64,000 bases of DNA from Azolla caroliniana. Taxonomy: Eukaryota > Plantae > Polypodiophyta. Below are positions 49,900 through 62,734 of the stretch, in pieces. Each line of letters begins with the position of its first letter. Within the stretch, counting starts at the first letter, position 1. The translations under genes were made by a program, and so were the position numbers. The stretch is taken from positions 14,260,001 through 14,324,000 of the forward strand of contig JBHGNT010000010.1 of NCBI GenBank assembly GCA_043228905.1, written 5' to 3'. The notes below the pieces were generated by a model. It made no database searches. It saw only the letters and a program-made list of their open reading frames with translations, and was not told the DNA's origin.

Positions 49900-51017
49900 A
49901 GATCAAGGCTCTTATTCAAAGCATGGCAAGATACACCCACAAATTTTGCAGCAATTTGCATTGGAGTCTCTTGAAGTCAATGTCAAACCATCACGATGCA
50001 AACACCGAACCTTCTTAGTGTCACATATTGGCAACCGCCTCTTAGCACGATGAGCACCTCTTTGTAGTCTGCCAATGTGTGTTCTAGTCGTGTTTGGGGA
50101 GCTGCTAATAAGTTCTTGTGAAATGTTGGGCATGGCTCCTCTTTTCGCACCAATTTGTTGCTTCCGACGTATTGAACCTCCCGATGCCATATTGGTTTTT
50201 GCTGATGCACCCATAGATAAGAGCAATTCCTTTCGAAAATCTACCATGAGTTGCCGACAACGCTCAAGAGTTGCACTATTCATTGCTCTCCACCCTTGCT
50301 TGAGAAGTTGAAGTGCTTCCATAGTTTGATGTGCTTCTAACTTTATTTCTTCCCTTTCGTCAATTTCTACATTCATCTCGACTTTTGCTTCTTGTGTTGA
50401 CTCTAGTTCTCTATCCATAAACTCCTCCAAACACAAGTTTGTCCACACTATCCACCTTCAATATATTGCCAAACGTCAGGTTTGTCTGAGTATTCTTGCC
50501 TTACCTCCTCACACATAGCATTGAAGGATGATTCGCTAATGCAATGCATGAGTTGGCACTTCCTTTGATACAAGGGGTTTCTTTCGGCAGCACTCACTTT
50601 GGGCAATAAGTTGTCAACCCATGACTTTTTTGCATGGAACTGACACAATAAAAGACGACAACGTGTTTGTGAGTGTTCACCATTTGTGACAATCCAAGAT
50701 TCACGGACTTGAGCAATTATAACATAATATTGAAAGAAGCAAAAACTACAATATGTAGAAGAATTGATCAAAAAGTGTTGCTTTGTATTGACACGTAAAA
50801 TACAATATATTGTGGGCAAAATTACATGCTGAAATTTACAATACCTACAAGGCATTCATATTGCCCAAAATGGCAAGACAATTGACTTTAATACCGAGAG
50901 TAACTACAAGTTTGTTTACACACGCCATATGGCTTTGACAAATGGACCAATATTACGTCTCCGAGATATAAGTGTGGCTATTACAAAAAACCCAATTATA
51001 ATACTGAGGGGTATAAT
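49900..51017 (-). mobile_element. Mutator-like (MULE) transposase remnant
   Basis: RLLLCQFHAKKSW (CxxH motif)...F.AMCEEVRQEY..VWQYIE (50448..50855). C-terminal Cys-rich end (49912..50448). Interrupted by copia at 51018. Confidence 0.6.
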
Positions 51018-51442
51018 TGTAAAAGAATTGTGTGTGTGTGGAAGCGTAACAGACACAACCGTGTAACACAGATGACGAAGAGAAGGTTTAATGGAAAGCT
51101 TTGAACATGACACAACGTATGCAGGAGAGACAGAGAATGAGAGAGAGAGTGAGCAGAACACAAAAAACTTAGATTCAAAAATAACTCTCAAACACTATAC
51201 AAGATGCGCTCAATTGGCGCTTTTTATACAAGTCCTTATGGACAGAAAAAAGTATTGTAAGAGTACTGACACATACTTCAATGCTCATTAATGAGCTTCC
51301 TACACTAACTCCCAAATTTATTCCTTACGAGGAATAACACTCTAATGGCCTCTCAGCTTACGCACCATTACGACCTTTGTGCGTACGGTTTTACGCAACC
51401 AGTCTACGCACTGGGTTACGCACCCAATGTTGAGCTTGTATC

Positions 51443-52018
51443 TCAACACTCCCCCTCAAGCTCAACTTGAGGTTCCGCCTGCTCTTCCAGATCTTCGTTC
51501 CGACTTCTCGTGGCTTCACGCCTCGCACGCGCTCCTTGACCCGTTCGATTCCGCGCGCCTCGACCCTTCCGGTTGGCTTGTCTGCTCATGTGGCCCTTCT
51601 TAGCTCCCTTGTTGTCGCGGTGTTGGCACTTCTTTTGTTGCCCTTTCCTCCGCTTGGCCCTTAGTTGATTCAGCATGTCCGAATTGAACATTTCAATTGA
51701 ATTGGTCACTTCCGATTCATTTTTGCTTACGTCTGAATTGGCTCTCCCCAGTTCGTCTTCAGTCTTTAGGCCTTTGACAATGTCAGACCACGTCTTGGTC
51801 TTGGCCTTATTGCCCCCTTTTTCGGTTGTCTTCGGCTCTTCCCTACGGTTACGGCCCCTGTACTCATCTTCGGCTTCTTCAACTGACCCGAAATCGAATT
51901 CTTCATCCGACTCGGCATCGCGGTGATCAATTCCGCCGCGATGATCACTTCTTCTCCTTTCAAGCTCATGCTCCTGTTCCAGTGTCCCCCTCAAGTTCGG
52001 CGTGTCGAGGTGGTGCAA
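51443..52018 (-). CDS. C-terminal Pol extension of copia family B: acidic segment followed by Arg/Lys-rich segment, ending ELEGEC-stop in the LTR
   Basis: 191-aa open frame, in frame with the RNase H end (ADIFTKPLGLDKL...PNLRG). Homologous segments at 5390-5936 and 15165-15633. Confidence 0.65.
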   Translation of the reverse strand: MHHLDTPNLRGTLEQEHELERRRSDHRGGIDHRDAESDEEFDFGSVEEAEDEYRGRNRREEPKTTEKGGNKAKTKTWSDIVKGLKTEDELGRANSDVSKNESEVTNSIEMFNSDMLNQLRAKRRKGQQKKCQHRDNKGAKKGHMSRQANRKGRGARNRTGQGARARREATRSRNEDLEEQAEPQVELEGEC

Positions 52019-53369
52019 CCCAAGTGCATCCGAGAATTGTCATAACTTGTCGAGACCTAGCGGCTTGGTGAATATGTCGGCAATCTACCGACCTGTCGGA
52101 ACATACGCTAGTTCGACTTCATCGGAAAGGACACACTCACGGACAAAATGGTAATGCACCTCAATGTGCTTGGTCTGAGCGTGAAATACAGGGTTTTTCA
52201 CAAGTTGGATGTTGTTGAGGTTGTCACAATAGATCATCGTCGGAGCGGACACCTCCACATGTAGATCCCGTAATAGCCATTTTAACCAAATGACTTTGCA
52301 CGTAGCGACAATCGCCCCTCGATATTCGGCCTCCGTGCTCGACAGTGCTACTATCGGCAACTTCTTATTGCTCCACGCGATCGCCACACTTCCCATTGAG
52401 AATGCGTATCCAGATGTGGATCTACGATCTTTGGCATTTTCGGCCCAATCGGCATGCGTGTAGCCAACTAACTGTTCGGCTACACCTACCTGATATAGCA
52501 ATGCCATGTCTTTAGTGCCACTGACATATCGTAGTATCCTTTGCGCGCAATGTAAGTGTTCGGTTGTGGGCTGCGACATAAATTGACTAATTAGGCCGAC
52601 GGGTAGCTGAGATCCGGCCGAGTGATCCTCAAATAGATTAGGCTTCCGACAATCTGTCAGAACCGTATCAGGTCGCACGCCTTTTCCGAATCTCGGGGAA
52701 GCTTGACGTTTCTATCCAGAGGGGTCGAGATGGGCTTACAATCTGCCATCCCGAACTTGAAGAGCATATTCACCGCGTAATGACGTTGGTTGATCAATAT
52801 GCCTTCGGGGGTGTGGATCACTTCGATCCCAAGGAAGTAATGAAGGTCTCCAAGATCCTTCATCTTGAATGATGCCGCAAGCTGAGACTTTGCGCGACCG
52901 ATTTCATCTAGGTTGGCACCGGCGATGACTAAATCATCAACATAAAGTAAAAGACAAACTAGTCCATATCGACCTTGCCAAACTAACAATGAAGAGTCTG
53001 ACTTCGATGGCGCAAACCCCACCTTACGCAACCATTGTGTAATCTTTGCATTCCAAGATCACGGGGCTTGTTTAAATCCGTATAACGACTTCTTCAATCG
53101 GCACATTGCCGAAGTATTCTGTTCGGATAAGAATCTGGGGGGTTGTACCATGTACACCTGCTCCTCAAGGTCACCTTGTAGGAACACATTCTTCACATCC
53201 ATCTGATGTAGATGCCACCCCTTCGTCGCTACTACGGCTAGTAGAACACGCACAATGGTCATCTTTGCGACTGGCGCGAAGGTCTCGTCGTAATCCACAT
53301 CGTGCTTTTGTGCGCAGCCTTTCGCCACTAATCGGACCTTGTAGCGGTTGACAGAGCCGTTGGTTTTGT

Positions 53370-56300
53370 TGTTGAGAATCAAGCTCAACTTGGTCTAGTG
53401 TGTGAACTCACCTTGAGAGTGAATAGACACTCCAACGGTCAAGAGTCACCATTATGTCACCACTTTGTATTCTAGCATTTAGTATGAGTCATAGAATCAT
53501 ATTCTATGACACATAACTTATGAGCTTTCACATTCCCCATGCTCCATGAGTCTTGTAGTTAATGAAGAGAGAGGGTGACTATATAAAGCACCCTCCTCCC
53601 ACCTTGTATAACATTGAGTCTTTCTCCTTTGTTAATATACTTTACCTTGCATATTCTCTGTGTCTTACTCCTTGTCTCTCTCACACACACTCTCTCTCTC
53701 GTACACACACACAATTCATGTCTATTCCGCTGCACAAAATCCATCTCTTGATTCTTTACATGGTATCAAAGCAGTTTGGTAGCTCCATCTAGCCCATCCG
53801 CGTGTGTTGAGCTCTACGCCGACGTTCAAGAAGAACCGGCTCATCGCTATCGTAGCTTCGCTACATAGCTCGCATTCGAAGAGAGAAGAAGAAGAAGAAG
53901 AAGAAGAAGAAGAAGAAGAAGAAGAAGAATGGACATAATGAATACTCAAATGGGGAGCGCTCTCCTTACCGAGAAGTTGGATCGAAACAACTTCGCATCT
54001 TGGGAGTACAAGATGCACCAATACCTTGTCGAACAAAGCTATTGGAGCTACATCAAAGGAGCGCACGAAAACCAACCTGTCGAAATGGCTCCCGGATACG
54101 TGACATGGGAGCAAGCTGCAAGCCGCGTGATGTATTGCTTGGCGACATGTGTTCACGATCACATGCTCGGCAACATTCGCGAAGCCAAGACGCCGAAGGA
54201 GGCATGGGAAAATCTACGAAAGATTTTCACGGCAAACACAACCGCAAGAAGGTTTCAACTCCGCCAAGAGTCGAACAACATTCAACAAAGGGACATGTCC
54301 ATCACGACATACACCTTGAAGATCAAGGAACTTTGCGACTCGCTCGGCTCGATAAGCGTAAATATCGATGATGATGAGATGGTGTAAATATGCCTCGGTG
54401 GCCTCGCACCACGGTTCGGCGCAATGCGAACCGCCGTTCTAGAAAAGGAGAAATCTCCCTCCTTCTTCGAGCTCCAATCAATGCTATTGGTCGAGGAAAA
54501 CCACGTGCGTACAAGGAGCAATGAGTCGGAAGACCACATGCTCTACACGCACTCGAACGGAGGAAGAGGACGCGAACGAGCGAGAGGCCGATTCGGCCAA
54601 GGACAAGGCGGACAAGGTATGACCTATGACAACAACTCCCAAATTTGGCCGCAAAACGGAAGCCAACGAGGAACCTTCGCAAGAAGGGGGAGCTTCCGCT
54701 CCGGCCTGAGCCATCAAAACACAACTGAATGCGGATATTGTGGAAAGTTCGGCCACCACGAAGAAGAGTGCCGAAAGAAGATGTGTGAATCGACTTCCAC
54801 AAGCCGACAACTCACAAATTACGTGCACAATTCCAACTACGAAGAGTATAGCAGAATGTACGGGCACAACTCTGACTACGAAGATCGTGGCGGAATGTAT
54901 GCACAGAACTCCAACCGTGGCGGAATGTTCATGATGAAACATAGAGCAAACTGTATGTCGGCCTCTACCTCAACTAGTGCCCTCAATTCGGAGGACGTAT
55001 GGTTTGTTGACTCCGGAACCTCAAACCATATGACATCTCATAAAGAATGGTTTCTCGAACTTCGAGAGCCGGAGCGACCTGGTTATGTCGAAACCGGAGA
55101 TGACACTACGCACCTCATTCGGCACATCGACAATGTTCCGTTCGGCGAAAGAGGTAAGCAAACATACATTAAAAATGTCTTGCATGTTCCCACCATCACG
55201 AAGAACTTGGTCTTGGTCGGTCAAATGGTTGAGCAAGGGATGCAAGTACAATTCGACCAAGAAGGGTGCTTCATCGAAAAAGAGGGCCGAATCATCGCGC
55301 GTGGAAGAAGAGAGGGCCGGATGTTCATTCTCAATTCACACGAGATGAAATCCGCCATGTTCGCAAAAAGCACGAAAGCCGACTCCGACATAGAGCTATG
55401 GCACAAGAGAATCGGTCACATCAATCTCAACAAACTCAAAGCAATGAAATCAAAAGGAGTTGTCATCAGACTCCCGACATTCAAAGAGAAGGAGATTGAA
55501 GGTGTATGCGAAGTGTGCCAATTCGGCAAGCAACACCGACACCCATTCCCGAAAGAGCGGAACGTTAGCAAAGGTCTACTCGATGTAGTCCATTCCGACG
55601 TATGGGGACCAGCGCAAACGGCTACATTCTGCGGATGCCGATATTACGTGCTCTTCATCGACGACTTCTCCAGGCACACGTGGCTCTATCCGATGCGGAA
55701 AAAGAGTGAAGTGTTTGGACACTTCCAAAGGTTTAAAAACAAAGTCAAAAAAGCCATTGGTCGTCATGTACGATGCCTTCGATCGGATGGCGACAAGGAG
55801 TACTTCTCGGACGACTTCACGGCATACCTCCAAAAGGAAGGAATTCGGCGAGAATTCACTTGCCAACACACTCCGCAACAAAATGGAGTAGCCGAGCGCA
55901 AAAATTGGCACATCCTCGAAGTAGCGTGGGCCATGATGAACGAGAAGCATATGCCCAAGTCATATTGGGCCGAAGCTACAAATATGGCCGTCTACCTAAT
56001 GAACCGGTGCACAACATCCGGAGTGCACGAGGTCACTCCACACGAAAAATACTTCGGAAAGAAGCTAGACTTATCGCACACCCGGATATTCGGCGCGATA
56101 GCGTACGTGCACATCCCCGACGAGAAGCGTCAAAAGCTTGACCCAAAGTCAGAGAAACGTATCCTCGTAGGATACTGACTGGAGCAAAAGGGGTACAAGT
56201 GCTACAACCCCTCAACTCGAAAATCTCGAGTAAGTCGGGACGTCGTTTTTGACGATCCGCATCCTGGTACGCACCAGAGACAACTTTGACTCCGACTCTG

Positions 56301-58887
56301 CTCGACCCGGAATCCGCTGAACAAGAGATAGAGGATGAAGATCGCCTTACACGCATGTTCAAAGAAAGTCTGATCACGACCCGACTGAGCGGACCACAAG
56401 AGCCTTTGAGCGATCAAAGCACATCACGACTTAGCCCGAAGATGGACAAAGGCAAGGCGAAAATGGCGGAATATGAAGACGATCGCTTCGATGACACTGA
56501 GTCGACTCACTCACTCGACAATGAGTTCGGTGGCTTTGAGGTACCAATCGGAGCTAAGAAAGCCCTCATCTCTGCAAATGAAAAGCTCCGTCGCTCCACC
56601 CGTGAAAAGAATCCAGTCAACCGCTTCGGCTACAATGACTACATGGCATATCACTATGCCTTTATGATGAAGGTGGCGACAATACATGAGCCAGAAATAT
56701 TTTCCGAAGCGGCCAAGGATCCGCGATGGATCGAAGCCATGAATGAGGAGATGCAGGCAGGCACTACGCAAGAATGAGACATGGGATCTCGTTCCCACCT
56801 CACCACACAAAAAGGCGATCAGATGCAGATGTATTTACAAAGTGAAGTACAACGCTAACGGTTCTGTCAACTGTTACAAAGCGCGACTCGTCGCGAAAGG
56901 CTATGCACAAACACACGATGTTGACTATGAAGAGACCTTTGCCCCAGTGGCAAAGATGATGATGGTACGGACCGTAATTGCGCTTGCCGCGGCGAAAGGG
57001 TGGCACCTCCATCAAATGGATGTCAAGAACGCCTTTCTACAAGGCGAATTAGAAGAGGAGGTGTACATGATACAACCACCCGGCTAAAACTCGAGCACCC
57101 ATCCGAAAGCTGTATGCTGACTCAAGAAGCCACTCTACGGCCTCAAGCAAGCACCACGTGCTTGGCATTCGAAGATAATGCAATATCTTCATCAAACCGG
57201 CTTTCGTATATCAAAATCGGACAACTCCCTCTACATACAAAGCGATTCCGCAAGTCCAATCGTCATCATCTTATATGTGGATGACCTAGTCATTGGAGGT
57301 GAGCAACTCGTCGAAATCAATAAGGTCAAATCCCTCCTTTTCGACAAGTTCGAGATGACGGACATGAAGGAGCTCCACTACTTCCTTGGCATCAAGGTAA
57401 TTCGGACTCCGACCGGAATCATGATCTCTCAATGGCACTACATCCTCAACTTGTTATACAAGTTTGGGATGGCTGAGTGCAAATCTGCGTCAACCCCGCT
57501 CGATCGCAATCTCAAACTAGATGCGAACTCCGGTACCAAAGCATGTGAGCCGACTCAGTATCGACAACTCATTAGGAATCTCATCTACCTCACGATCACT
57601 CGACCCGATCTTAGTTATCCGGTTGGTCTCCTTAGCCAATTCATGCAAACATCGCGTGATACTCACTTGGATTGCGCTAAGCGAGTTCTACGATACGTGA
57701 GTGGCACAATGGATTGCGGCATCCTCTACAAGACCGCGATGCCAATACGACTCGAGGGGTACACAGACGCCGATTGGGCCAGCTACAAAGCCGATAGAAG
57801 ATCAACCTCTGGATTTGTTTTTTCCCTCGGCAGCGGAACAATATCTTGGAGCAGCAAAAAGCAACCAACCGTCGCTCTTTTGAGCACAGAGGCGGAATAT
57901 AGGGGCATGACAGTGGCCGCATGCGAAGCCGTATGGCTCAAAAGGATACTCAAGGATTTGGGCGTACCCATAAAGGATCTGACTTCCCTTTACTGCGACA
58001 ACATGAGCAATATCTATCTGGCTCAAAACCCGGTGTTCCACAGGCAGACAAAGCACATCGAAGTGCACTATCACTTCATCCGAGAGGGCGTTCTAGTTGG
58101 CGATGTCGACCTACAACACATTAGCACCAATCTTCAAACAACCGACATCTTCACTAAAGCCTTAGGAGCCGACAAGCTATGGCAATTCATGACCGATCTC
58201 GGATTGACGATCCCTGACCTGCCAAGCTTGAGGGGGAGTACTGAATCGGATTGACGACCCCTGACACTACACAATAACGCGTGGATTTCGCAACTGCACA
58301 ACGAAGCTGCGAAGAACCGATCTATCGCGCAAAGCCGCGAAGAAAGACGTAAGCTGAAGCACAGACTTCACAACTACGCACAATGCAAGCTGGAGCACGG
58401 ATTCCGCAACTCCGTATAAATGCGAGTCGACGCAGACTCCGGAACGCGAGTCGAAGCGGATTTCGGATACCATCTGAAACTGACCCGACTTGAGCTTGAG
58501 GGGGCGTGTTGAGAATCAAGCTCAACTTGGTCTATTGTGTGAACTCACCTTGAGAGTGAATAGACACTCCAACGGTCAAGAGTCACCATTATGTCACCAC
58601 TTTGTATTCTAGCATTTTGTATGAGTCATAGAATCATATTCTATGACACATAACTTATGAGCTTTCACATTCCTCATGCTCCATGAGTCTTGTAGTTAAT
58701 GAAGAGAGAGGGTGACTATATAAAGCACCCTCCTCCCACCTTGTATAACATTGAGTCTTTCTCCTTTGTTAATATACTTTACCTTGCGTATTCTCTGTGT
58801 CTTACTCCTTCTCTCTCTCTCTCTCTCGTACACACACATTGTTCATATCTATTCCGCTGCACAAAATCCATCTCTTGATTCTTTACA
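53370..58887 (+). mobile_element. Full-length Ty1/copia family C nested antisense in the RT of the 51018-62315 element
   Basis: LTRs 53370-53760 and 58507-58887 with only a few differences. PBS TGGTATCAAAGC at 53761. PPT GAGGGGGCG 58498-58506. TSD TTTGT/GTTGT. gag 53929..54387, gag-PR-INT 54424..56178 (CGYCGKFGHHEEEC, WFVDSG), RT-RNase H to 58254. Confidence 0.96.
53885..53928 (+). repeat. (GAA)n microsatellite abutting the gag ATG of copia C
   Basis: About 14 GAA units immediately followed by ATG at 53929. Confidence 0.95.
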
Positions 58888-61800
58888 GTTGTACTTGACC
58901 TTATACACCCGTCTGCATCTAATCGGCTTCACACCCTTCGATGCGTCAACTAGGTCCCAAGTCTCGTTGTCCGATAACGCGCGCATCTCTTCCTTGATCG
59001 CGACACGTCAATTTGCGTCTTTCGCCGCTTCCACGTAGCTCTCCGGCTCACTCACTTCCGCCACTCGTGTCATGTACGCATAATGGTGCGCCATGTACTC
59101 ATTAGACCCGGATCTCTTTACGGAGTTCTTTAGGCGGGTAGATCAGTGTAATTCGTGATTAGCCGATTTTGTGGCCCTCTCGGCCGACTTCGACCTCTTC
59201 TGTAGAGGTTCCTTTTCAATTGGCCCGAAGTCATATTCGCTCCAATCTGACTTGGCACTGCTGAACTCATACTCTTGCATCTTCTTCTTCCCCATCTCTC
59301 TGTACGTAAACCGTCTCCTCGGTTCCTTATGTGGGGACAACACGACCGAGTCTCCACTACTCACCGGCTCTTCACACGGTTGACCATCTCGGCTCAACTC
59401 CTCACTTGGTCCACTTAGCTGAAATCATATCAGACTCTCCCCCAGAGCTCCGATCTCCTCATCACGTGAAGGCATCTCAGCCTCTCAGAGGTCTTCTTCA
59501 AAATTCAGAGTGGAGTCATTGGGTACTGGGGGCGAAGACAAGTACCACGAAGCGGACTCGTCGAACACAACATCTCGACTTACGCGAACTTGTTTGGTTC
59601 GGGGGTTATAACACTTATAACCCTTTTGTTCGTCCGAGTAGCCAACCAATATACACTTCTTGGCTTTGGCGTTCAGCTTCCTCTTGTCTCCTTCTGCACA
59701 TGCACATACACGATGCTACCGAAAACCCTCAAGTGTGCCAAGTTCGGCTTTTTGCCGAAGTACAGCTCATGTGGCGACACTCCTCCATTGGCAGAAGTCC
59801 AATTGTGCAGGTAGACAGTTGTTCTGATTGCTTCAGCCCAATAGAGCTTCGGTAGATGCTTCTCTTCAAGCATCTCCCTTGTTGCCTCTTTGATTGTTTG
59901 ATTCTTCCGATCGGCCACGCCGTTCTGCTGCGGCGTGTATCTACATGAGAATTCGCGTTGAATTCCGTCCTTTTGTAGATAACTCACGAACTGGTCGGAG
60001 AAGTACTCCTTCCCGCCATTGGATTGTAGGCACTTGATCTTATGCCCAGTTTCCCTTTCCGCAAGGCTCCTTACCTTCAAGAAATACGTGAAGACTTCGC
60101 TCTTTTTCCCTATCAAGCATGCCCAAGTGTGTCGAGAGAAGTTATCGATGAAAGTCACAAAATATCGGCTTCCACTGAGACTCACGTTTTGTGCCAGTCC
60201 CCATACATCCGAATGGATCACATTGAGCGTATTTCGACTCCGGTTACGCTCATTGGGGAATGGAAGTCGGTGATGCTTTCCCAACTGGCAAGCTTCGCAA
60301 ACTTGGCCCTTTCGGCCACTAAATTTCGGCATGCCGAAAACGATGTTTTTCGTCTGCATTTCTCAAAGCTTCAAGAAATTGACGTGGTCGAACCGCTTGT
60401 GCCACAAGTCGATAGTTGATTCAACCTTTTTTCCTTTCGCGAACATAGCAGTGCCTACGTCATTGGTCTCGAGGATAAACATCCTCCCTTCACGGTGCCC
60501 TTGCGTGATTATCTTGCCTTCCTCTTCTATGAAGCACCCGTGATGCGTGAATCGAACTTGCATCCCCTGGTCAACGATCTGGCCGACCGACACCAGGTTC
60601 TTGGTTATTGTCGGGACGTGTAGCACGTTCATGAGCTTCCCTTTTTGTCCAACATGACTAAGGGGAACTTCACCGACATGTTCGATGGTATGCAGAGTGT
60701 CGTCTCCTGTTTCGACCACTCCTTGCTTTTCCGGTTTCTCCAAGTACGAGAACCATTCCTCGCGACTTGTCATATGATTTGATGCTCTGGAGTCAACATA
60801 CCACACCTTGTTTGTCCTCAAGGTGTTCATGGCCATTAAATTAGCCTTGTTCTTCATTACAAAGGCTGGGCCCGATCCATTTCCGGCTCGTTCGGAGCTT
60901 TCCGCGTAGTGCGACCTATGACGCCTCTCTGCGTCTCTTCGGCTCGATCCAACTTTGTTGGAATCGGCTCGTTTCTTCTAGCACTCACTCTCCTTGTGGC
61001 CTTTCTTGCCACAGTACCAGCAATCCGTCGCGGCCTTCTCTTGCCAGTTTCCGGGCCACCATGACTCCCCCTGCTTCTGGAGGGTTCGGAACTGCTTCTG
61101 GAGGGTTCGGAATTGCTTCTGACATTTTGATTATGCCGCACGTTCTACTCTTTTCGACCGCCACGACCATGGGGCCTATCGTCCTCCGTGTACACCATTT
61201 TGTTGTTGGCATGCGTACTCGTTGACGCACCCACGTGATTTTTCTCTACGAGCAACATTGATTGAAGCTCGAAGAACAATGGTGTATTCTCCCTTGTGCA
61301 GACCGCCATTCGGAAAGCTCTGAACTTGGACGCTAACCCTCCAACGCACACGTGCACCATTTCATCTTCCTTGACGTTCATGTTGACGGAGGTGAGAGAA
61401 TCATAGATTTCCTTGATTCGGGCCATGTAATCGGCCATAGATAGATCATTGCATCGGACATTGCGTCTGAGTTGCAGCTTCTTGGCCGTTGTGCTTGTGG
61501 CGAAATTCCTCTTGAGATTTGTCCACGAGTCCTTTGGCGTCTTGGCATCCCAAATGTAGCTCAAGAGCTTGTCGCTCACACAGGACGCAAGGCAATATAG
61601 AACTCTGCTTGCCGCTTGTTCCCAGGTCGGGCAGTCTTTGTGTGTCGATTCAGGTGTTGTGCGTTAGCTCCATCGACATAACTCCAGTAGTCATGCCCAA
61701 GCAGGTACTGGTGCATCTTGTACGACCAAGATGCATAGTTGCTTCTGTCCAGCTTCTCTGTAGGAAGTGAGCTAGCCATCTCTCTATCCATTCTTATTTC

Positions 61801-62320
61801 TCTTCAGTTCTTCACGGTGATGTTTGTTTGTTTGTCGGCCGCAGAGGATTACCCTTGTGCTCTGATACCATGTAAAAGAATAGCGTGTGTGTGGAAGTGT
61901 AACAGACACAACCGTGTAACATAGATGACGAAGAGAAGGTTTAATGGAAATCTTTGAACACGACACAATGTATGTAGGAGAGACAAAGAATGAGAGAGAG
62001 AGTGAGCAGAACACAAAAAACTTAGATTCAAAAATAACTCTCAATCACTCTATACAAGATGTGCTCAATCGGCGCTTTTTATACAAGTCTTTATGGACAG
62101 ACAGAAGTACTATTAGAGTACTAACACATACTTCAATACTCATTAATGAGCTTCCTACACTAACTCCCAAAATTATTCCGTACAAGAAATAACGCTCTAA
62201 CGACCTCTCAGCTTACGCACCGTTACGGCCTTTGTGCGTACGGTTTTACGCAACCAGTCTACGCACTAGGTTACGCACCCGTTTACGCACCCAATGTTGA
62301 GCTTGTATCTCAACAATAAT

Positions 62321-62730
62321 AAACATGTACAAGCCATATAGAGGATGGCAAAAAACAGGATCAGGTTACAAGTTCAGAAACCCAAAACACGTCGTGCCCA
62401 CTTAACAATCATAACGCGTAGAAGGTAGACGTCATCATCATCGTACCAATGCTTAGACCCCTACCAAATAGGATGTATAAGAACCAATAATCAAGGACGA
62501 CTATAGAAAATGGAAATAATAAGATACTTAGGAAGTTTGGTGATTTGAGGCCATAAGTGAACTCTTCGACAAACATACAAATTGTTTGCATTACATAATA
62601 TCCGCAATATGTTCCGTGGGGCTGAGTTGGTATATGGATTTCAGTATATTGGTTCTCAGGTATGATGTTATGGTCTGTGACGGTGCTTGTGACTTTGGTT
62701 ATAGCCATTTCTGCCAAACTCTTCAATTCC
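62321..62730 (-). pseudogene. Ulp1-like (C48) protease fragment, probably belonging to the MULE-like element
   Basis: IHIPTQPHGTYCGYYVMQTI resembles the Q-x5-CG-x-[YF]V catalytic motif. It is contiguous with the 49900-51017 remnant once the copia is removed. Confidence 0.5.
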
Positions 62731-62734
62731 CTAA

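Larger units (their letters stand above)
51018..62315 (-). mobile_element. Full-length Ty1/copia family B-related element carrying a nested copia
   Basis: LTRs 51018-51448 and 61871-62315. Perfect TSD ATAAT (51013-51017, 62316-62320). PBS TGGTATCAGAGC 61859-61870. PPT 51449-51457. gag 61576..61791 and 61145..61579, protease 60363..60857, integrase 59673..60359, RT/RNase H 53059..53388, 52657..53031, 52085..52678. Confidence 0.96.
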
